This document shows positions 62,801 through 64,000 of a stretch of 64,000 bases of DNA, in pieces. Source of the stretch: Candidatus Cloacimonadales bacterium (GTDB lineage Bacteria > Cloacimonadota > Cloacimonadia > Cloacimonadales > JAFGVF01). The notes under the pieces were generated by a model that was not told where the DNA came from, ran no database searches, and saw only the letters and a program-made list of their open reading frames with translations. The stretch covers positions 224,001 through 288,000 of the forward strand of contig CAXXOU010000004.1 in assembly GCA_963677495.2 (NCBI GenBank), read 5' to 3'. Within the stretch, counting starts at the first letter, position 1; each line of letters starts with the position of its first letter. The position numbers and the translations under genes were made by a program.

Positions 62801-64000
62801 AGCACCTGCTGACTTAGGTTTCCATGCAGTTACACTCACTGCAATTGATAATATAATACCTACCCCAGCAGAACAGAGTTTTGATATTTATGTTAACAGT
62901 ATTCCTGTTTTCATAACTCAACCGGTAACATTAGTAGATGAAGATGCTGTTTATACTTACAATATAGGCACAACTGATAATAATCCTGATGCTGTTTTGA
63001 CAATTAGTGCAAACAACTTACCTACTTGGTTAACCCTTACAGATAATGGTGATGGGACAGCCCTCTTAACAGGAACACCAACAAATGATTTTGTTGGAGA
63101 TAATTCAATCACAATTGAGTTATCAGATGGATATGTTACTACGCCTGTTGAACAGACATTTGACATTACAGTAAACAATATGAATGATGCACCGTTCTTC
63201 ACTAGCACCCCGGTGTTAATTAGTAATGTGAATCAGCTCTATGTTTACAATGTAACAGTTGATGACATTGATGCAAACCAGACATTAAATCTAACATCTT
63301 CTGCCTTACCTGGTTGGTTATCTTTTACAGATAATAATGACGGTACCGGTATTCTTACTGGAACTCCACAATTAGGAGATGATGGTATTGAAAACATCTC
63401 ATTATTTGTAGATGATGGAGAAGTACTTAGTCCTGTTGAACAGAGTTTTGTTCTTGAAGTTAGAGAGCCCAACGAAGCTCCTTACTTCTCATCTAATCCT
63501 ATTGACTCAGCATTACAAGATCAACCATACGCATATAATATTGTTGTTGAAGATAACAATGCTTGGGCATCAATATCAATAACAGGTCTTTTAATACCTA
63601 ACTGGTGCACAATAACCGATAATGGAGATGGTACAGCTGTACTTTCAGGTACACCTGGAGCAATTGACTTAGGAGCTCATGATGTAATTCTTGAAGCAAC
63701 TGATGGAATTATTGCAACTCCAATACAGCAAGTATTCACAATCACAGTTTACGATCAGAATACACCTCCTGTATTTACTTCTGTACCAATTACAGATGGT
63801 ATTGAGGACCAGCTATATCAATATACATTAACAGCCAATGATGCAAATTTCTGGGCTGTACTTTCATTTGCTGCACCTACTCTACCAAGCTGGTTAGTAT
63901 TAACTGACAATGGAGATGGAACTGCTCTTTTAGAAGGTACTCCTCTTAACGAGCATGTTGGAAATAATCCTGTAATTATTGAAGTAACAGATGGTGTTTC
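59844..64000 (+). CDS. Large secreted Ig/cadherin-like repeat protein (over 1380 aa, truncated by window end; absent from the ORF track)
   Basis: MKLKLVIVIFLLLTLLSLQA signal; VNDAP linkers; seven LP.WL..TDNGDGT..L.GTP repeats; FRAWD modules. Confidence 0.85.
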   Translation, partial: MKLKLVIVIFLLLTLLSLQATVRNVAPVLDTSYDVVLVSIQEGDLDSMGNTVQQIVDPASITDGDGGVVSAIAVTEVDNTNGSWQYSLNDGASWHDFSATTGSVVDISTQARLLDGSLSGGQTNKIRFVPLPDYPDTLAWTPPDIPYDGASYFKFRAWDRVAGITGLTADVSLNGGSTSFSSNEDVARITILAVNDDPVLYYNGQEVTGVMDLGFDIDEDTSYHFQSGELIVDDPDIGNNQIIFDIEARKGILDFVNVSGRFISGNGTSNVTIVTDLVELNQILDDCSYYYPNQDLNHTEVLTIRINDQFWSGIGGGQDVVRQLTFWINPVNDAPVLNTGYTPRLTSIPEDDLDNDGNSISSIIPNGSIYDVDTTAVEAMAVISVDNTNGTWEYSTNNGDNWQSISQQIGVNDQFETNALLLDGELTGDQTHRMRFLPNLNFHGTASFAFRAWDKTDGLSASRINATVNGDTMSISAASDNGLISVTSINDVPAVYYKNEHEADTLQVFIPITSPMNHTFAPEDSLDIFDPDIGNNVMMVNIITERGTMTFHGARSRYVSNNGTGNVTLTGNLDTINAHLDNVTYTVPAGETGYDFVDFVMSDFGYSGSGASQTIHNIMLVQLSNVPPVYESIPITSAYEDSLYEYIITTSDADTNRVYIDSSVLPEWLTITDNGDNTATLSGIPTNDHVGANPVTIDIWDWVTPDTPVLQQFVINVINTNDAPRFTSNPILQVDEGSLYQYNVTAEDVDGGSNLALDATVHPDWLTFTDNGDGTGLLTGTPLNVHVGFHPVTLTLTDGIISSNVTQSFNVEVIDVNSPPFVTVPIPDQNTVEDFTPNIVIDLRNHFDDIDPNTTLVYSATSNFAEIRANVVGTDLILSPAPDFFGSTDVEVTADDQHASGGIRPSNQTRDWITDTFTVNLAPVNDAPRFVSTPVTVATENVAYTYNAQAIEVDPGDPIILGATTLPGWSSFTDNGNGLGVLSGTPAPADLGFHAVTLTAIDNIIPTPAEQSFDIYVNSIPVFITQPVTLVDEDAVYTYNIGTTDNNPDAVLTISANNLPTWLTLTDNGDGTALLTGTPTNDFVGDNSITIELSDGYVTTPVEQTFDITVNNMNDAPFFTSTPVLISNVNQLYVYNVTVDDIDANQTLNLTSSALPGWLSFTDNNDGTGILTGTPQLGDDGIENISLFVDDGEVLSPVEQSFVLEVREPNEAPYFSSNPIDSALQDQPYAYNIVVEDNNAWASISITGLLIPNWCTITDNGDGTAVLSGTPGAIDLGAHDVILEATDGIIATPIQQVFTITVYDQNTPPVFTSVPITDGIEDQLYQYTLTANDANFWAVLSFAAPTLPSWLVLTDNGDGTALLEGTPLNEHVGNNPVIIEVTDGV

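Noticed and set aside
59939..63472. Minus-strand ORFs in the last 4 kb
   Set aside because: Antisense shadows of the large plus-strand repeat protein

Overview
AT-rich bacterial chromosome window. Three secreted proteins with a C-terminal YPNPFNP FlgD/T9SS-type domain, a gingipain-like C25 protease and amino-acid fermentation genes suggest an FCB-group anaerobe such as Ca. Cloacimonadota (inference). Core content: a Na+-pumping methylmalonyl-CoA-decarboxylase-type operon, glmS, aroA, an ArcE-like gene with arcC, pdp, the rpmF-plsX-fabHDG-acpP-fabF-rnc operon, four tRNAs, nadC, gmhA and a large Ig-repeat surface protein running off the right edge. Highlights: (1) a complete IS110 element (45223-46619). 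Its left end encodes a readable bridge RNA whose four guides match the element's own junctions, and its predicted target matches a REP-like palindrome elsewhere in the window. (2) A candidate undescribed defence pair, an ABC-ATPase/SAM-methyltransferase fusion plus a nucleotidyl-cyclase-like protein, bracketed by palindromes and a 13-bp direct repeat. (3) A PARIS-like ATPase/DUF4435 pair. (4) Many modular palindromic repeats and 11-bp-period arrays in the long intergenic regions. All calls come from motif recognition and manual alignment; no searches were run.
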